In this document: piece after piece, positions 35,501-46,971 of the stretch | Numbering within the stretch: position 1 is the first letter of the stretch | Layout of the letters: every line of letters begins with the position of its first letter | Assembly: GCA_010909165.1 (NCBI GenBank) | Contig: VJWM01000003.1 | Coordinates: 186,001 to 250,000 of the forward strand | DNA: 64,000 nucleotides | Direction: 5' to 3' | Origin: Anthoceros angustus | Taxonomy: Eukaryota; Plantae; Anthocerotophyta | Made by a program: the position numbers and the translations under genes | The notes under the pieces: generated by a model | What the model was told of the DNA's origin: nothing | The model's database searches: none | Seen by the model: the letters and a program-made list of their open reading frames with translations, nothing else

Positions 35501-38320
35501 ATTTGTATCTGCTGGTGGTGTGGGAGTTTCTGTAGTTGACGCTGCTGTTGCTTCAGGCCAGGTTGCGGCTGCGGTGATGCTGGTATTTGTTGAGGATGTT
35601 GATGTTGATGCTGGGAATGCAATTGCGGTTGCTGCTGCTGCTGCTGAATTGATTGCTCATTAAGAGACTGATGTTGCTGGTCTAGCTCTGAAGTTGAGCC
35701 AGCACGGTCCTTCTGTTGAGATTCCCCCGAGAACATGCTCCTTGCATCATTCGCAGCACCACCATCAGCAGGGGCACTAGCCGAAGCAGACTTCTCCTGT
35801 GTCTGTCCAAATTGCTGCTGTCCATCCAGTATCTGAGGGGACCTCAAGGAAAAGGGGGGAACCAGCTTAGACTGCTGCTGAAGGTGTGCATGATGCTGCA
35901 TATGAATCTTCTGGAACTGGTGCAGCTGCTGTTGCTGTTGCTGCTGGTGAGATCTCAATGACTGTGACTGTACACTTTGTCCAAAGCTCAGTTGGGAGGC
36001 AAAACCATTTCCCATCTGCAATCCACCAATACCATCACCCACAAGGCCCATATTTGCAAGCGCCTCTTGTGATGGCAGCAGAGGCAGCCCACCATTCCCT
36101 GTTCTAGACAAGGGGATTACAAAGGGAGGATTCGGAGGAGACATAGCTGTCATACCAAGAGCTGGGTCATCTCCATCAGGGAGGCGGAACGGTGCCATTC
36201 CTATGGGCGCATCCAAGTTAACATATGGGCTGCTTAATCCATTTCCAGACATTCCACGAGCAGCTGCAATCATGTGAACGGCAGCCTGTTGCTGCATTTG
36301 CTGCTGCAGTTGAGATAGCTGCTGACGAATCTGTAGCTGCTGTGTTGGCCCAGAGACATGCGGATGCCCCATGGGAAGGGGACGGGTCCCTCCTCCATTG
36401 AAACCCAAGACTGTCCCCATGGGAGCAGGGAATCCACCAGTCCCTCCCAGTTGCTGTTGTTTGGCCTTTGGAACGTAAGGAGCTGCACCAACAGCTGACG
36501 CCACTGCTGCTGGAACATATGGCGCAGCATTAGCATTTCCAATGCTTGAGCTGGCACTGGAACTTCCATTGACAGATGCAGAACTCACAGAGGAGTTGGT
36601 GGGTTGTGTATTCAGTCTTGCAGGAAGACTGGCAGGACAGCTTAGGCTTGGCACAGGGCTACTTCCTGAGTTGTCACTCTCTATTTCAGAAGTTCGTTGC
36701 GGTGAAATCTGAGCAGCAGCTGAAGACGGATCAACAGCAGTTGTAGGAGTTCCATTTTGAGCCTGAGTACCAGAGCCTGTACTGGTGACAGAAATAAAAG
36801 GAGCCTGAGAATTAACACTGTTCAGCAGCTTTCCTCCGCCAGGAGTGACTCCTCCCCAGGCTGATAGAGCAGCTCTTTGTGCTGCAGCAACAGCTGCTGG
36901 TACAAATGCAGGAGCTGAAACAGGGAGCCCCTTATTCCGAATACCTGCCACAGCTGGTATCCAATACAGAGAGAAAGCCTAAGAAATCACGGAACAAAGC
37001 TGAGCTAGGAGCTGGAGAGCACAGCCAGACAGCGTGCTACCAGCTGTGTGTTTAAAATCAACATAACACAACTTGATACTCAAGGGTTCTAACAAGCTGA
37101 AAGGCTAGTTTAAATTTTTTTTGGAAAACTCTTTGCACTCCTAACACGTCCAGTTTTTTGTCAAACGCCAAGTCATACCAGAGGCAGATAGAAACCCACA
37201 TGACCTGTGCACATCTAGCAGCAGTTTGAGTTCAAAGCCACTCACGGGCTGTTCCAGGAGCACCACTTGCCCGACTGGCAGAGGCAGTCCAGGTATTGGA
37301 TGTGGTTGAGCTTGAAATACCAGAGACTGTTGATGCAGGAGGTCTTTCGGTCCCCAAACAAGAGCATAGAAACATGTCAGAAAGAAACACAGCTGATAAT
37401 TTCCCATTTGAGATGCCTCCTCATGTTCATCCACGTCATTGCAGTGTGAGGACTGCATAGAACTTCTTGCTCAGTGTCCGCAGATCGGTCTCTAATAGCT
37501 AACATGCACTTCATCTTTCAAATTGCACTGCTGGAATGCATGCTGCTCCATACAACAGAAGGTGATGCATTGCTGGCCCAGGTCTCATGAAAGCCACACA
37601 AACAATTTCGAAGTTGTGTAGAACTGTTTATCAAATTCCATTCTATCCAGTAAATGCTAGCCACTTGACAGCAAAAATCACACGGAACTTACCCTGAGCG
37701 TGTTACACCAGCAATATCATGATTGTATTCGCACCCCTTGTCCTCATTCTGCATGGCATGAAAGCCAGATGATCATGTGCCAGCCATGCAACGAAATAGC
37801 AGCACAAAATCACGAGGCACAAAACTTGCTGGGGAAGTTAGTGCTGATACGCAAAAAAAATGGAAGGGAGCAGATGCCACGGTCTAACATGGCAAGAAGA
37901 ACTTGCGAGCAAACAAAGGTATCCACAGATCTCACCTTACAGTACCCTGTCAGCAAAAGCTCTTTGCATGCCTTCTCCCGCTTTGGCACTGCATGGAGAG
38001 AAAGTACAACACAAGTTAGCCGAAACCTCCATGGAGCTCAGATGTCAAGAATGTAGAATGCTGTGCGAGCTCTCTCAAATACTGCCCAACGGCCAACAGG
38101 ACTGACATACAAAAATACTCTACACAACTTCAAAAACCGTCTTCAATCAAACAAAGTGGCTGCTGTCCCCTTGCCCGCCAGATTTACAGGGAGCTTCAAG
38201 TGAGATCATTAACCTGCTCTGCCTGACGTGGCACGATCAGCAACATTGTGCGCAAAATTGCACTGATCACCGAAAAAACAGGTGCCGGATGTTGCCCAAT
38301 ACCGACAAGTGACGTTGCTG
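32570..38320 (-). CDS. PAN3: PAN2-PAN3 deadenylase subunit PAN3, multi-exon
   Basis: CCCH fingers (37719..38307), PAM2-like [10 protein letters not shown] and NANAAPYVP, a Q-rich region, pseudokinase exons ([27 protein letters not shown]) and the C-terminal knob ([19 protein letters not shown]...[27 protein letters not shown]...LSRDE). The exact start and last exon are unresolved. Confidence 0.93.
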
Positions 38321-39372
38321 TACCACACAATACCACAAGGAGGACAGAATCCTCAGACATACTGCCGGCAAGTGAGCAACATTCCGTATGCCCATTTTCA
38401 CACGACTTCCTTCATGAACAACTCTGACACGGTGACATCACCGCAATCCTAACTGCTTAAAAACGTGAAAGCCATCCTCATTCCAATGTGGTACATGTAA
38501 CAAACAACAAGGCATGCAATGAACACGACAAATTACAAATAGGCATTCACACAACCCGGCCAGCCACACACGGAAGCTGGTGAATTCAAGGAGGCCAACC
38601 TTGCGGGAAGCTTCTGATGGGGACCGCTCATTGCAGCAGTCGATGGAGGGCTGATAAAAAGTTCTCATGCCGCGCTTCTGGGTCAGTCATCCACGGTCCA
38701 CAGCACCACGTCAATGGCGGCACCCAATTGGCGACGAGTCTCCAAGCCCCTGCCACCACAGACAGCATGAGAGCGGCTGCTGCATGCTAATTAGGCGATC
38801 ACAACGAGCTGGCTGGCCGTGAGCCGCAACAGGAAGGAGAGCAGTGGCATGGACCTCCGACGCTGAGCGTGTGCGTGTGCGTATGAGTGTTGTGTTGGCT
38901 GTTGGTGTAGCGCTTGCTGCTGGCTCCGCAGCAGACACAAACGAAGAAGATGGTCCGGGCGAGAAAGGGGCCCGCAGACTGCAGCAGTGAGAGATGCGAG
39001 CACACAGTTGCAATTGGATTGCTACGCAGTCTCAGGCCTAAAGAGTCTCTCACACGTTTTACTCCCTCCCAGTAATTTTCCAACAACGTTATAGCCCTAA
39101 TGCCACTGACCCTTCCCCTATCGGCGATGACTCACATTCGTACGTTCATCTTAGATACTTGGAACAGGGTACTCCGCACATGTTTGCTTCAAATGCACCT
39201 CAACCAAAGACGCCAAATAGCAAGTGTTGTTGACAAGTCTTGCACAATACTATGTGGATGAATTCATGCAAATTTAGAGATACATAAACATGTCATAAAC
39301 TATTATTAACTTCTGTACCTACCTATCTACCTGCAACTGTTGTTTCTAAGTCTTTTGTCAATTCCTAGTTTG

Positions 39373-40293
39373 TTATGAAAATTCGTTGTTGCCTCTAAAG
39401 TGCTTGCGGACGTAGCCGGAGGACGCTGCAGCGGTCGGTATAGTGTGCTCGGAGTTGGTGTTGACGTTAAATCTGGAGAAGTGACAGTCGGATCGAAGGA
39501 GGTCCGAGACCTCATAGTCCGACGTAGTTCCATCTAGATATCCTTCACCATTAGGGGAATCCACTTGTTGCACCAGCAACAAGTCATTCCACTTTGTCTT
39601 GTAGAAGTTATTATGCTTGCGCCCCAACGAGTACATGTAAGTTTGTCCTAAGATCCCATGTACTGAGGGTGAGAACTCAACTTGCATCATTTCGATGTTA
39701 AAATGGAAATACGCGTTAGAGGCGGTACGTAGTTCAGGAAGCTCAGGCCTAATGGTTAGACGGATCTTGAGGTAAGACTTTTTGTTGGTGAAAATATAAG
39801 TGTCGTATGGTGAGAGACCATCTTTTCCGCTTCTCGTATAGCTAATGCTGTACTCACCATTTCCAATTTCGAAGGTGGATCCTAGTCGAACATGGATTAT
39901 CTCCCCGTCCACTTTGATGGTTTGAAGAAAGCTCGTGGCATGACTCAAATCTACTCCTTGGCGTGCAAACAAGGCCACTCTATGATGTCCAAAGAGAAAC
40001 CCCATTGACGTAATCCACGTCCGCATAACATTGTATCCTTGGACTAAATCATAAGTGACTCCGCCCTGCAAGTTTATATTGATTTGAATATTTGGATCCG
40101 AGATCATGCAATAACTTGAGTTTGGTTGCCCTACGAAGTCAAAATTTATACCATCCCAACCAACAAAATGAGGATCACCAAATACGCGAGGAAAGTTAGC
40201 ATCAACCAATTTAAGTGGTTGCAGGAAATATAAAGAGAAAATGATAGAAATAAACAGCATGACAAGACTTAATGTAGAACTTATGGTGGGCAT
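39373..40293 (-). CDS. Secreted Root_cap/LEA-family (VWD-like) protein, intronless
   Basis: Signal peptide MPTISSTLSLVMLFISIIF..., then GDPHFVGWDGINFDF, YCMISDPNIQIN, VHGILGQTY and YEVSDLLRSDCHFSRF. Confidence 0.85.
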   Translation of the reverse strand: MPTISSTLSLVMLFISIIFSLYFLQPLKLVDANFPRVFGDPHFVGWDGINFDFVGQPNSSYCMISDPNIQININLQGGVTYDLVQGYNVMRTWITSMGFLFGHHRVALFARQGVDLSHATSFLQTIKVDGEIIHVRLGSTFEIGNGEYSISYTRSGKDGLSPYDTYIFTNKKSYLKIRLTIRPELPELRTASNAYFHFNIEMMQVEFSPSVHGILGQTYMYSLGRKHNNFYKTKWNDLLLVQQVDSPNGEGYLDGTTSDYEVSDLLRSDCHFSRFNVNTNSEHTIPTAAASSGYVRKHFRGNNEFS

Positions 40294-40851
40294 GATCACC
40301 AAAAAGCCCCACGGGCTAAGCTTCAACAAAAAAACCTTCTAGTGTATAAATAGGGCTTCAACCAGATGAAAAAATAATGAGGTGCCATGTTTGAAACACT
40401 CAACACACCCAATATATAGGTGACACCACTAAGCACTTTAATATAATGATGTACTAAAATAGAAAAATATTACCTCTAATATAGAACTTAAAATAAATAA
40501 AAATATATAACTTACCTTTTAGTACTTTAAAATGTAGTTAAATAGCCTTTAGGTCTATCTTTAGAGGCACATCAACTTTTTTGGTGATTTCCATCCAAGA
40601 GAACACATTTCGAAGGAGAGATATATTATCTCTAGTTATATTTTTATGAGAGTAGAAGATAGAAGGGTTTACATTTTATAATGAGCCTTGTCACTTTTAT
40701 ATGATAAAAGGGTTTACATTTTACGATGAGACTTGTCACTTGGGCCATATTTTTAATCTTATACAGGGAAAAAAAAAAGGAAGACTTTACAAATTTGCAG
40801 AGTTGGGAAATTCTCATCTACAGCGAAGCGATGTGGAACAACTTGCTAGAG

Positions 40852-40896
40852 GGCCCAGGCCCAGGCCCAGGCCCAGGCCCAGGCCCAGGCCCAGGC
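40852..40896. repeat. (GGCCCA)n hexamer microsatellite, ~7.5 units
   Basis: Perfect array visible in an AT-rich intergenic region. Confidence 0.95.
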
Positions 40897-41343
40897 GGAT
40901 TGGCCCCCATGATTGTAATAGCTCGTAGTTATAATCTGGTAAATATTTAAGTAGTAAAAATTAATACTAAATTCTCATATTTAATAATTGAATTTTAAGT
41001 ACCTAATATTCAAATTTGAATAGGTAGGTACCCATGGAACTACCTAGTATATAGTCTAGATAATGTAATGGATAATAGTTAATTTTTTAATTTTTGAATA
41101 CATTTTAAAAGACATCTTCTGAAAAAACGCAACGTTTAAGAGGTGCTTGTGCTTGTGCAAAGCAAAAAACCCTATCCTTGTGCCCTTCCTAAAGAGTTGA
41201 AGAAAACCTTCTACACGTCCTATTTATCTAGGTGTTATGTCGCCCCGATACTCGCGTCTAGAATAAGTTCAAAGAGGAAAAGGGTAGAGGCTACTTCTAG
41301 GACGGGGGCGGGGGCGGTTGCTTAGAACGAAGTGGAAGCTTGG

Positions 41344-43116
41344 TTAGACCAAAACCGCAAGCATCAAGAGCAGCAAAATGAGCTTGGGGGACGGAAAGAT
41401 GGTGGCCTGGGAGGACGGGAACAGGGCGCTCAGCGGTGGGGCAGGCGACTGCAAATCGGCCAGCAGGCCGCAATAGAGCAAGTTTGCAGGTGGAAGTTTC
41501 TCATTGCCATTTACAGCCTCGGCGCCCGCCTGCCTGTCCACCACGCGCATGTACAGCTCCTGGCCCAGATACTGATTCTGCAGCAGCTGAGAGCGGATGT
41601 TCCACATTCCCGCATTGTTCAGCTCCACCTGCACCGCAGTCCAGGCGCCGGGCAGGACCTGCACCGTGGACCGTACCACTGCATTCCACTTGTTGTACTG
41701 GCTGCGCTTATCCGGGCTCCACACTCCCTGGTCGAAGCCCAGCACGAAGAAGGCGTATCCGTCCAGGTGCCATGTGTTGACGATGCTGTCGTTGTTCTGG
41801 AACACAATCTCGATGTTAGATTCATACTCGCCTTCGATGACGGACACCCCCAGCACTCCGCTCCCGGATTCATCTGGGAAGGACGGGAAGCTCCCGGGTG
41901 TGAACACGTCCGGCACCTGCTTGTAGTCTGCCAGCTTCAGAGGTGTGGATGGCGCCTGGTAGGACACACCATTCACAGCGTACCGCTGCTGGCCTGATAT
42001 CACAGGGTCGGATGCTACCATCTTGTACGTTGCGTTGATCGGGATGTTGCCATACTTGTAAGATCCCTGCGGGTTAGGCCTGGCCGCTCCTGCGCTTAGG
42101 TTCCACGTCACAGACCTGAGCTGCTCCATAGCGAACCAGAACTGGCTGATGGAATTGGAAAACTCATACTCGTAAGGGAGATCTCCGAACGCAGAGACAG
42201 TCGATCCTGCGTAATGCAGCACAGCCACGCCAGAGACATTCCATTCCGACTGATTCACAAAGCGAGGCGTCGCCACTATGTAGAAATCTGCGGGGATGGT
42301 ATAGTTGGCCTTGACCAGTACAGAGTAGGACTGGCCTACGTGTATGTCCAGCGAGGTGTAATTCTGCTGCGAAGTGTAGGAACCTTCTGTCTCTACCAGC
42401 TGCATCAGATGGCCCTGTATCATGAAATTGAGGCAGGTTGCAATACCGACGTTGGATATCCGAAGCCTGTAGGTTTCGCCTGAAGTGACCTCGACGGAGG
42501 TGAAATCTCCCCCGCTCCCGTACGGCCCCTTCCCATTGATGTGAACGCCGTCAGGGTATCCGAGAACCGAGCCACTGTCCAATTGCGCCTTGAGAGCTTT
42601 GTGGCCAGCAGTATACCAGTCCCCGATCAAAATGAAGTAGTCTCCTGCAGGTGCGGGGAAGGGCAACGCAATTGTTGCGCGGTTGTTGACGATGATACCT
42701 CCAAAGCCTCCCGCTGCTTTCTGAAAAGAAGTTGTCGGGAAGTAGTAGAAGCTCCCGATCTGGTCCTTCATCTGGAACTGGTACGTCCAGTTGGTCTGAG
42801 GTTGGATAGGACAATTGGTGCCGAGGACGCCATCCTGCCACGAGTTCTTGCGCATCTGGATGCCGTCGAAAGTCACCAGAAACGGCTCGTCCAGCGTGTT
42901 GATGATGTTGATCTGCAAGTTGTGGTTGGTAGTGGTGTTGATCACCGGGCCTGGGAACTCCCCGTTGATAGCAATTACCTGCTGCGGGACTCCAAGCACC
43001 GTGGCTGTGATGTAGGAAACATTCCAAAGCAAAACGTCTGTAGGATCCCCTCCACTAACGCGTTCCAGCACGGTGCACAGCAACACCAGCAGAGCCGCAA
43101 CCACTTTTCTCCCCAT
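41344..43116 (-). CDS. SKS: SKU5-similar (SKS) multicopper-oxidase-like protein, probable GPI anchor, intronless
   Basis: Signal peptide, VPQQVIAINGEFPGP, RKNSWQDGV, KDQIGSFYYFP, ARPNPQGSY, WHLDGYAFFV, NAGMWNIRSQ and a hydrophobic C-terminus. The Cu-ligand histidines are largely replaced, as in the SKS family. Confidence 0.93.
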   Translation of the reverse strand: MGRKVVAALLVLLCTVLERVSGGDPTDVLLWNVSYITATVLGVPQQVIAINGEFPGPVINTTTNHNLQINIINTLDEPFLVTFDGIQMRKNSWQDGVLGTNCPIQPQTNWTYQFQMKDQIGSFYYFPTTSFQKAAGGFGGIIVNNRATIALPFPAPAGDYFILIGDWYTAGHKALKAQLDSGSVLGYPDGVHINGKGPYGSGGDFTSVEVTSGETYRLRISNVGIATCLNFMIQGHLMQLVETEGSYTSQQNYTSLDIHVGQSYSVLVKANYTIPADFYIVATPRFVNQSEWNVSGVAVLHYAGSTVSAFGDLPYEYEFSNSISQFWFAMEQLRSVTWNLSAGAARPNPQGSYKYGNIPINATYKMVASDPVISGQQRYAVNGVSYQAPSTPLKLADYKQVPDVFTPGSFPSFPDESGSGVLGVSVIEGEYESNIEIVFQNNDSIVNTWHLDGYAFFVLGFDQGVWSPDKRSQYNKWNAVVRSTVQVLPGAWTAVQVELNNAGMWNIRSQLLQNQYLGQELYMRVVDRQAGAEAVNGNEKLPPANLLYCGLLADLQSPAPPLSALFPSSQATIFPSPKLILLLLMLAVLV

Positions 43117-44111
43117 GCTTTTCCGCTCTCAATTGAACAACAGCAAGGCCAGCAAATTGCACCTGTTGCCACAAGAACTCGCACACGCTCAAGGAAATGC
43201 TTCTCCTACTTCTGGAACAAGGAGAGTCCGGGACCGCCGCTCCGAGGCCTGGCAAAGAGCCTCTTCATTCCTTCTTTAGCTTCCATTCCTCGGCTAGCTC
43301 CTCAGAACCAAGCCCCGGCAACAGAAAACACACAGTCTGCAGCACTGCCGAGCTCAAAGAAGCAAAGAAGGCACATTCGCGACCACAGCTTCAAGCAAGA
43401 AACGCAGCGCAGGCAGCTGAAGCACAAGCAGAAACAGCAGAAGCAGCAACAGCAGCACAGTCGAGGCAGAAGGAGGGAATTCAAGAACACAAAATGCACC
43501 CTACCCGCGCCTGGGGTACGGCCAATTGCAAGCTGGCTGCGCCCTCACCGCGTTTATGGCAGCTCGCCAGTGATTTCGTGTCTGTGAGAGATAGCCGTTC
43601 CCCGCTCGCTCACGGCGAGCCATTGCGGCGGCTCCCGCTCTCATTACACGACCGGCTGATGGCTGCCAATCCCTCCTGGCTTGTCGGACTGTCAGCACCT
43701 GTCACCGGTCGCCAGTTGCCAACCAGTCGAAACCCTAAACTTTATTAGCCTTCGCTTCTCCTCTTGCCTGCATGTGGCCATGTGGCATATGCGCATGCTT
43801 GCACGAATTTCGACGAAGGAGAAACTGAGATTCTCCTTACATTCCATCATGTTGCTCTCACGCTGGCTCACAACTTACATGGAGTTCTAGAACTCTTCAC
43901 GACTGTGTATGACATGTTCGGTCGGAATCTGGGTGGCTTAGCTGTTTGATGCAGCTCAGCTCCAGCATTGGATCATGTTGTGAGAGCTGGTGTTGATGTG
44001 TTTATCAAAGCAGTTCATTCGAGGTTGTCACGGATGGCGATGGCAACCTTGTGTGATGGAAGGGATTGAATCCTGGTTGATCTTTGCTTCAAGCTTATCG
44101 TGTCAGCGAGG

Positions 44112-45383
44112 ATGAATTCGTTCGTGTTTCTCTGGTGCACGTTGCTGGCATTGGTTTGGAGCAGAAGGGAAGCAGCGAGGCTGCCTTTTCTGCTTAGGGA
44201 AGGGGAGGAGGTATGGGATTCTGCAGTATGGGGCCAGCAGATGCGTGTCGGGAGGCTGCGCTTGGACAATGGACTGGCTCGGACTCCCCCGATGGGATGG
44301 AACAGCTGGAACCACTTCGGGTGTAAGATTGATGGAGCCATGGTGAAGGAGACAGCAGATGCCCTCGTTGCTTCGGGCCTCGCAGAGCTCGGGTATGTGT
44401 ATCTCAACGTGGACGACTGCTGGGCTGCGTGGGAGCGGGGCTCGCATGGAGAGCTTGTGGCTCGGCCGGATACATTTCCGTCCGGGATGAAGGCGCTTGC
44501 GGACTACGCTCACGGGCTGGGGCTCAAGCTCGGGATCTACTCTGATGCCGGGTTCTACACCTGCCAGCGGCAGCCAGGGTCTCTAGGGTTTGAGGAGCAG
44601 GATGCCGCACTGTTTGCTTCCTGGGAGATCGACTATCTGAAGTACGACAACTGCTATACTGACGGCAGCAAGCCCGAAGTGCGGTACCCAGTGATGCGGG
44701 ATGCTTTGAACAAGACGGGCCGGCCCATTCTCTTCTCCATGTGCGAGTGGGGTGTGGATGACCCGGCGGAGTGGGCGGAGGGTGTGGGGAACACTTGGAG
44801 GACTACCGGGGACATCGAGGACCGGTGGGACAGCATGGTGGACATCGCTCACCAGAACGACCGCTGGGCTGCGTTTGCAGGGCCTGGAGGGTGGAATGAT
44901 CCGGACATGCTAGAGGTAGGGAATGGGGGAATGAGCTTGGAGGAGTACAGGTCGCACTTCAGCCTGTGGGCAATGATGAAGGCGCCCCTGCTAATAGGGG
45001 GGGATCTGAGAAACATGAGCGGCGAGTACCTGGAAATTCTGAGCAACAGGGAAGTGATAGCTGTGAACCAGGATCCTCTAGGGCTGCAGGGACGTAGGGT
45101 GAGCCTGCAAAATGAGACGGGGCTGGAGGTGTGGGCAGGGCCTCTCTCTCAGGGCCAGGTGGCAGTTTTGCTCTGGAATCGAAGCCTGCTGCCTGCTGCC
45201 ATGAGTGTCTCGTGGCAGGACCTGGGAATCGAGCTGCACTGCCAGTCCGCTGTGGTTCGGGATTTGTGGGAGCATAGGGACATGGCATCTGACGACTTGC
45301 CCCTCATCCAGGCACATGTGGTAAGTCATGGAGTGAAGATGTACACTGTGAGTCCCATCTGGCACAGGGCGCCATCCATCTGA
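44112..45383 (+). CDS. AGAL: Alpha-galactosidase (GH27), secreted, intronless
   Basis: LDNGLARTPPMGWNSWN, LNVDDCW, GLKLGIYSDAG, IDYLKYDNC, WRTTGDI, GGWNDPDMLEVG and VIAVNQDPLG; ATG at 44112. Confidence 0.95.
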   Translation: MNSFVFLWCTLLALVWSRREAARLPFLLREGEEVWDSAVWGQQMRVGRLRLDNGLARTPPMGWNSWNHFGCKIDGAMVKETADALVASGLAELGYVYLNVDDCWAAWERGSHGELVARPDTFPSGMKALADYAHGLGLKLGIYSDAGFYTCQRQPGSLGFEEQDAALFASWEIDYLKYDNCYTDGSKPEVRYPVMRDALNKTGRPILFSMCEWGVDDPAEWAEGVGNTWRTTGDIEDRWDSMVDIAHQNDRWAAFAGPGGWNDPDMLEVGNGGMSLEEYRSHFSLWAMMKAPLLIGGDLRNMSGEYLEILSNREVIAVNQDPLGLQGRRVSLQNETGLEVWAGPLSQGQVAVLLWNRSLLPAAMSVSWQDLGIELHCQSAVVRDLWEHRDMASDDLPLIQAHVVSHGVKMYTVSPIWHRAPSI

Positions 45384-45829
45384 CCAATGAAGGTTGAGCT
45401 CTTGCGTTTTGATGCTGTAGACTAGCAGCCAAAGTGCCCGCAGGAAAGGCAAAATCTTGTGGTGAGCTTGGTCGAGCCTCTCTCTATTGAATTAAATTGA
45501 ATTAAATGAGATAAATGTTATAATAATAATGACAAAATCAGCAGTGTTTTACACCACACTAAGTCACCACCAAGTCACAATGCTGACATTGACGTTGTGC
45601 ACTTTAGGCATGTCACACAGCAGGAGCCCAGGACAAGCAGCGACGACAAGGACGGCAAGGCTGGTTTCTTGATCTACGTATGGAAAAGCTGGAAGATTTA
45701 GATCTACCCTAAATCCTAATCAAATCTATTTAAATCCTCGTAAAAGGTGGAACTATAGCCTGGAACGGGCATCATATAAGAAGAAGAAGACGAATTTTAT
45801 TTAAGTCCACTAAGGACAGATTTCCGTCA

Positions 45830-46060
45830 TGGGACTTGGTACTTAACAACTTGTACCATGGTATGCTTAAGCTACTTGCACCAAAGGCATCCATTCCCTT
45901 TAGGCACCCCATCTAAGTACCGATCCAAGCGCAGGATGCTTAATAATCACGTTCTTATAAATGTGTGCCCATTTGGCCTAAGCCATTTAGACATAGGCTG
46001 TACGCTGAAATGCTCTGTCTCCTACCTGAAACCGGGGTTCACTGGAAGACACATCTCATG
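45830..46060 (-). mobile_element. Degraded Ty3/gypsy integrase C-terminal remnant
   Basis: The minus frame reads FQVGDRAFQRTAYV*MA*AKWAHIYK, resembling the F.VGD...KL.AKW.GPY region, with in-frame stops. Confidence 0.45.
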
Positions 46061-46389
46061 AGGGGCCTTCAGGCCAAGAAGAGGATACCGAGGACTGTCA
46101 AAAATGCAATCACTGCACACATAACTGATGATGATGTTTCTACAAAGAGAAGAGTTGGAAGCAACCAGCGCTAATCCGTTACACTCCTCATAGCACACCA
46201 TGTGGTTGTAGGTGTGCTTGGTGTCGATTTGTGGGCAGAGTGGACTGATAGAAATATTCCCGCCTATTTCAGTTGCATTAGCCTGGAAATAGAACTAGAA
46301 TGAGGAATTCGTTTAATGAGCTCTTCTTTCACAGCAAATGTGGGACTTTGGGGTACTAGTACGGGTCAGTAATCCTGAAAAGTCCTGAA

Positions 46390-46449
46390 AGGACGAAGCG
46401 TCTCATGGGTGTGTTTTGAGGACGAAGCGTCTCATGGGTGTGTTTTGAG
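46390..46449. repeat. 29-bp tandem duplication
   Basis: AGGACGAAGCGTCTCATGGGTGTGTTTTG x2, perfect. Confidence 0.95.
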
Positions 46450-46892
46450 CTCTTTGATTTCGTTGGCACCAATTGAAGAGGGACCTTTTAGTAAATATGC
46501 CGGGGACTGTAATGACCATGCTCATTTTTGGAACATAAAATGATAGAGCTCTTCTTTCACAGTACCCATGAACATCTTGGCAATGCCATGAACATCCTCA
46601 CAAAAAAATCACATCAATTGGAGGTCAGGAGCATGCCCATCCAAATTTACAATTCGACAATTCGACTATTCACACTAAGGCCCTAACGCCCTTCACATGT
46701 AGTCTGGCCTTGGTTCAAGGCATCTTTCAGGAATCCTACCTCCATGCCTATTGTTGGGCATAGAGATAGGTGTCCGTTTTTTGTGTTCTAAAAATCTAGA
46801 TGTCCCCCTCAACTGCAGGCACATATGATCTAAGGTTCGAGATGAAGAATCAAAGTTAAAAAAATCCCACACCTCAAAACGCACCAACAATC

Positions 46893-46971
46893 ACTCATTT
46901 TGAGTAGGTTCATCCTTTAGGGGTGAACCCCTAAAAGACCAAAGCGACTCAAAATGCGACTCATTTTGAGT
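46893..46971. repeat. Nested inverted repeat / hairpin
   Basis: CATTTTGAGT (46896) pairs with ACTCAAAATG (46947), and TTTAGGGG (46916) with CCCCTAAA (46928). Confidence 0.8.

Noticed and set aside
42541-43748. Plus-strand ORFs of 348 and 183 aa overlapping SKS
   Set aside because: Antisense to a well-conserved high-GC gene, with no recognisable motifs.
44100-45383. Horizontal transfer of the intronless alpha-galactosidase from bacteria
   Set aside because: The sequence has plant-type GH27 motifs (LDNGLARTPPMGWNSWN, GPGGWNDPDMLEVGNGGM) and a signal peptide; intron loss or retroposition is the simpler explanation.
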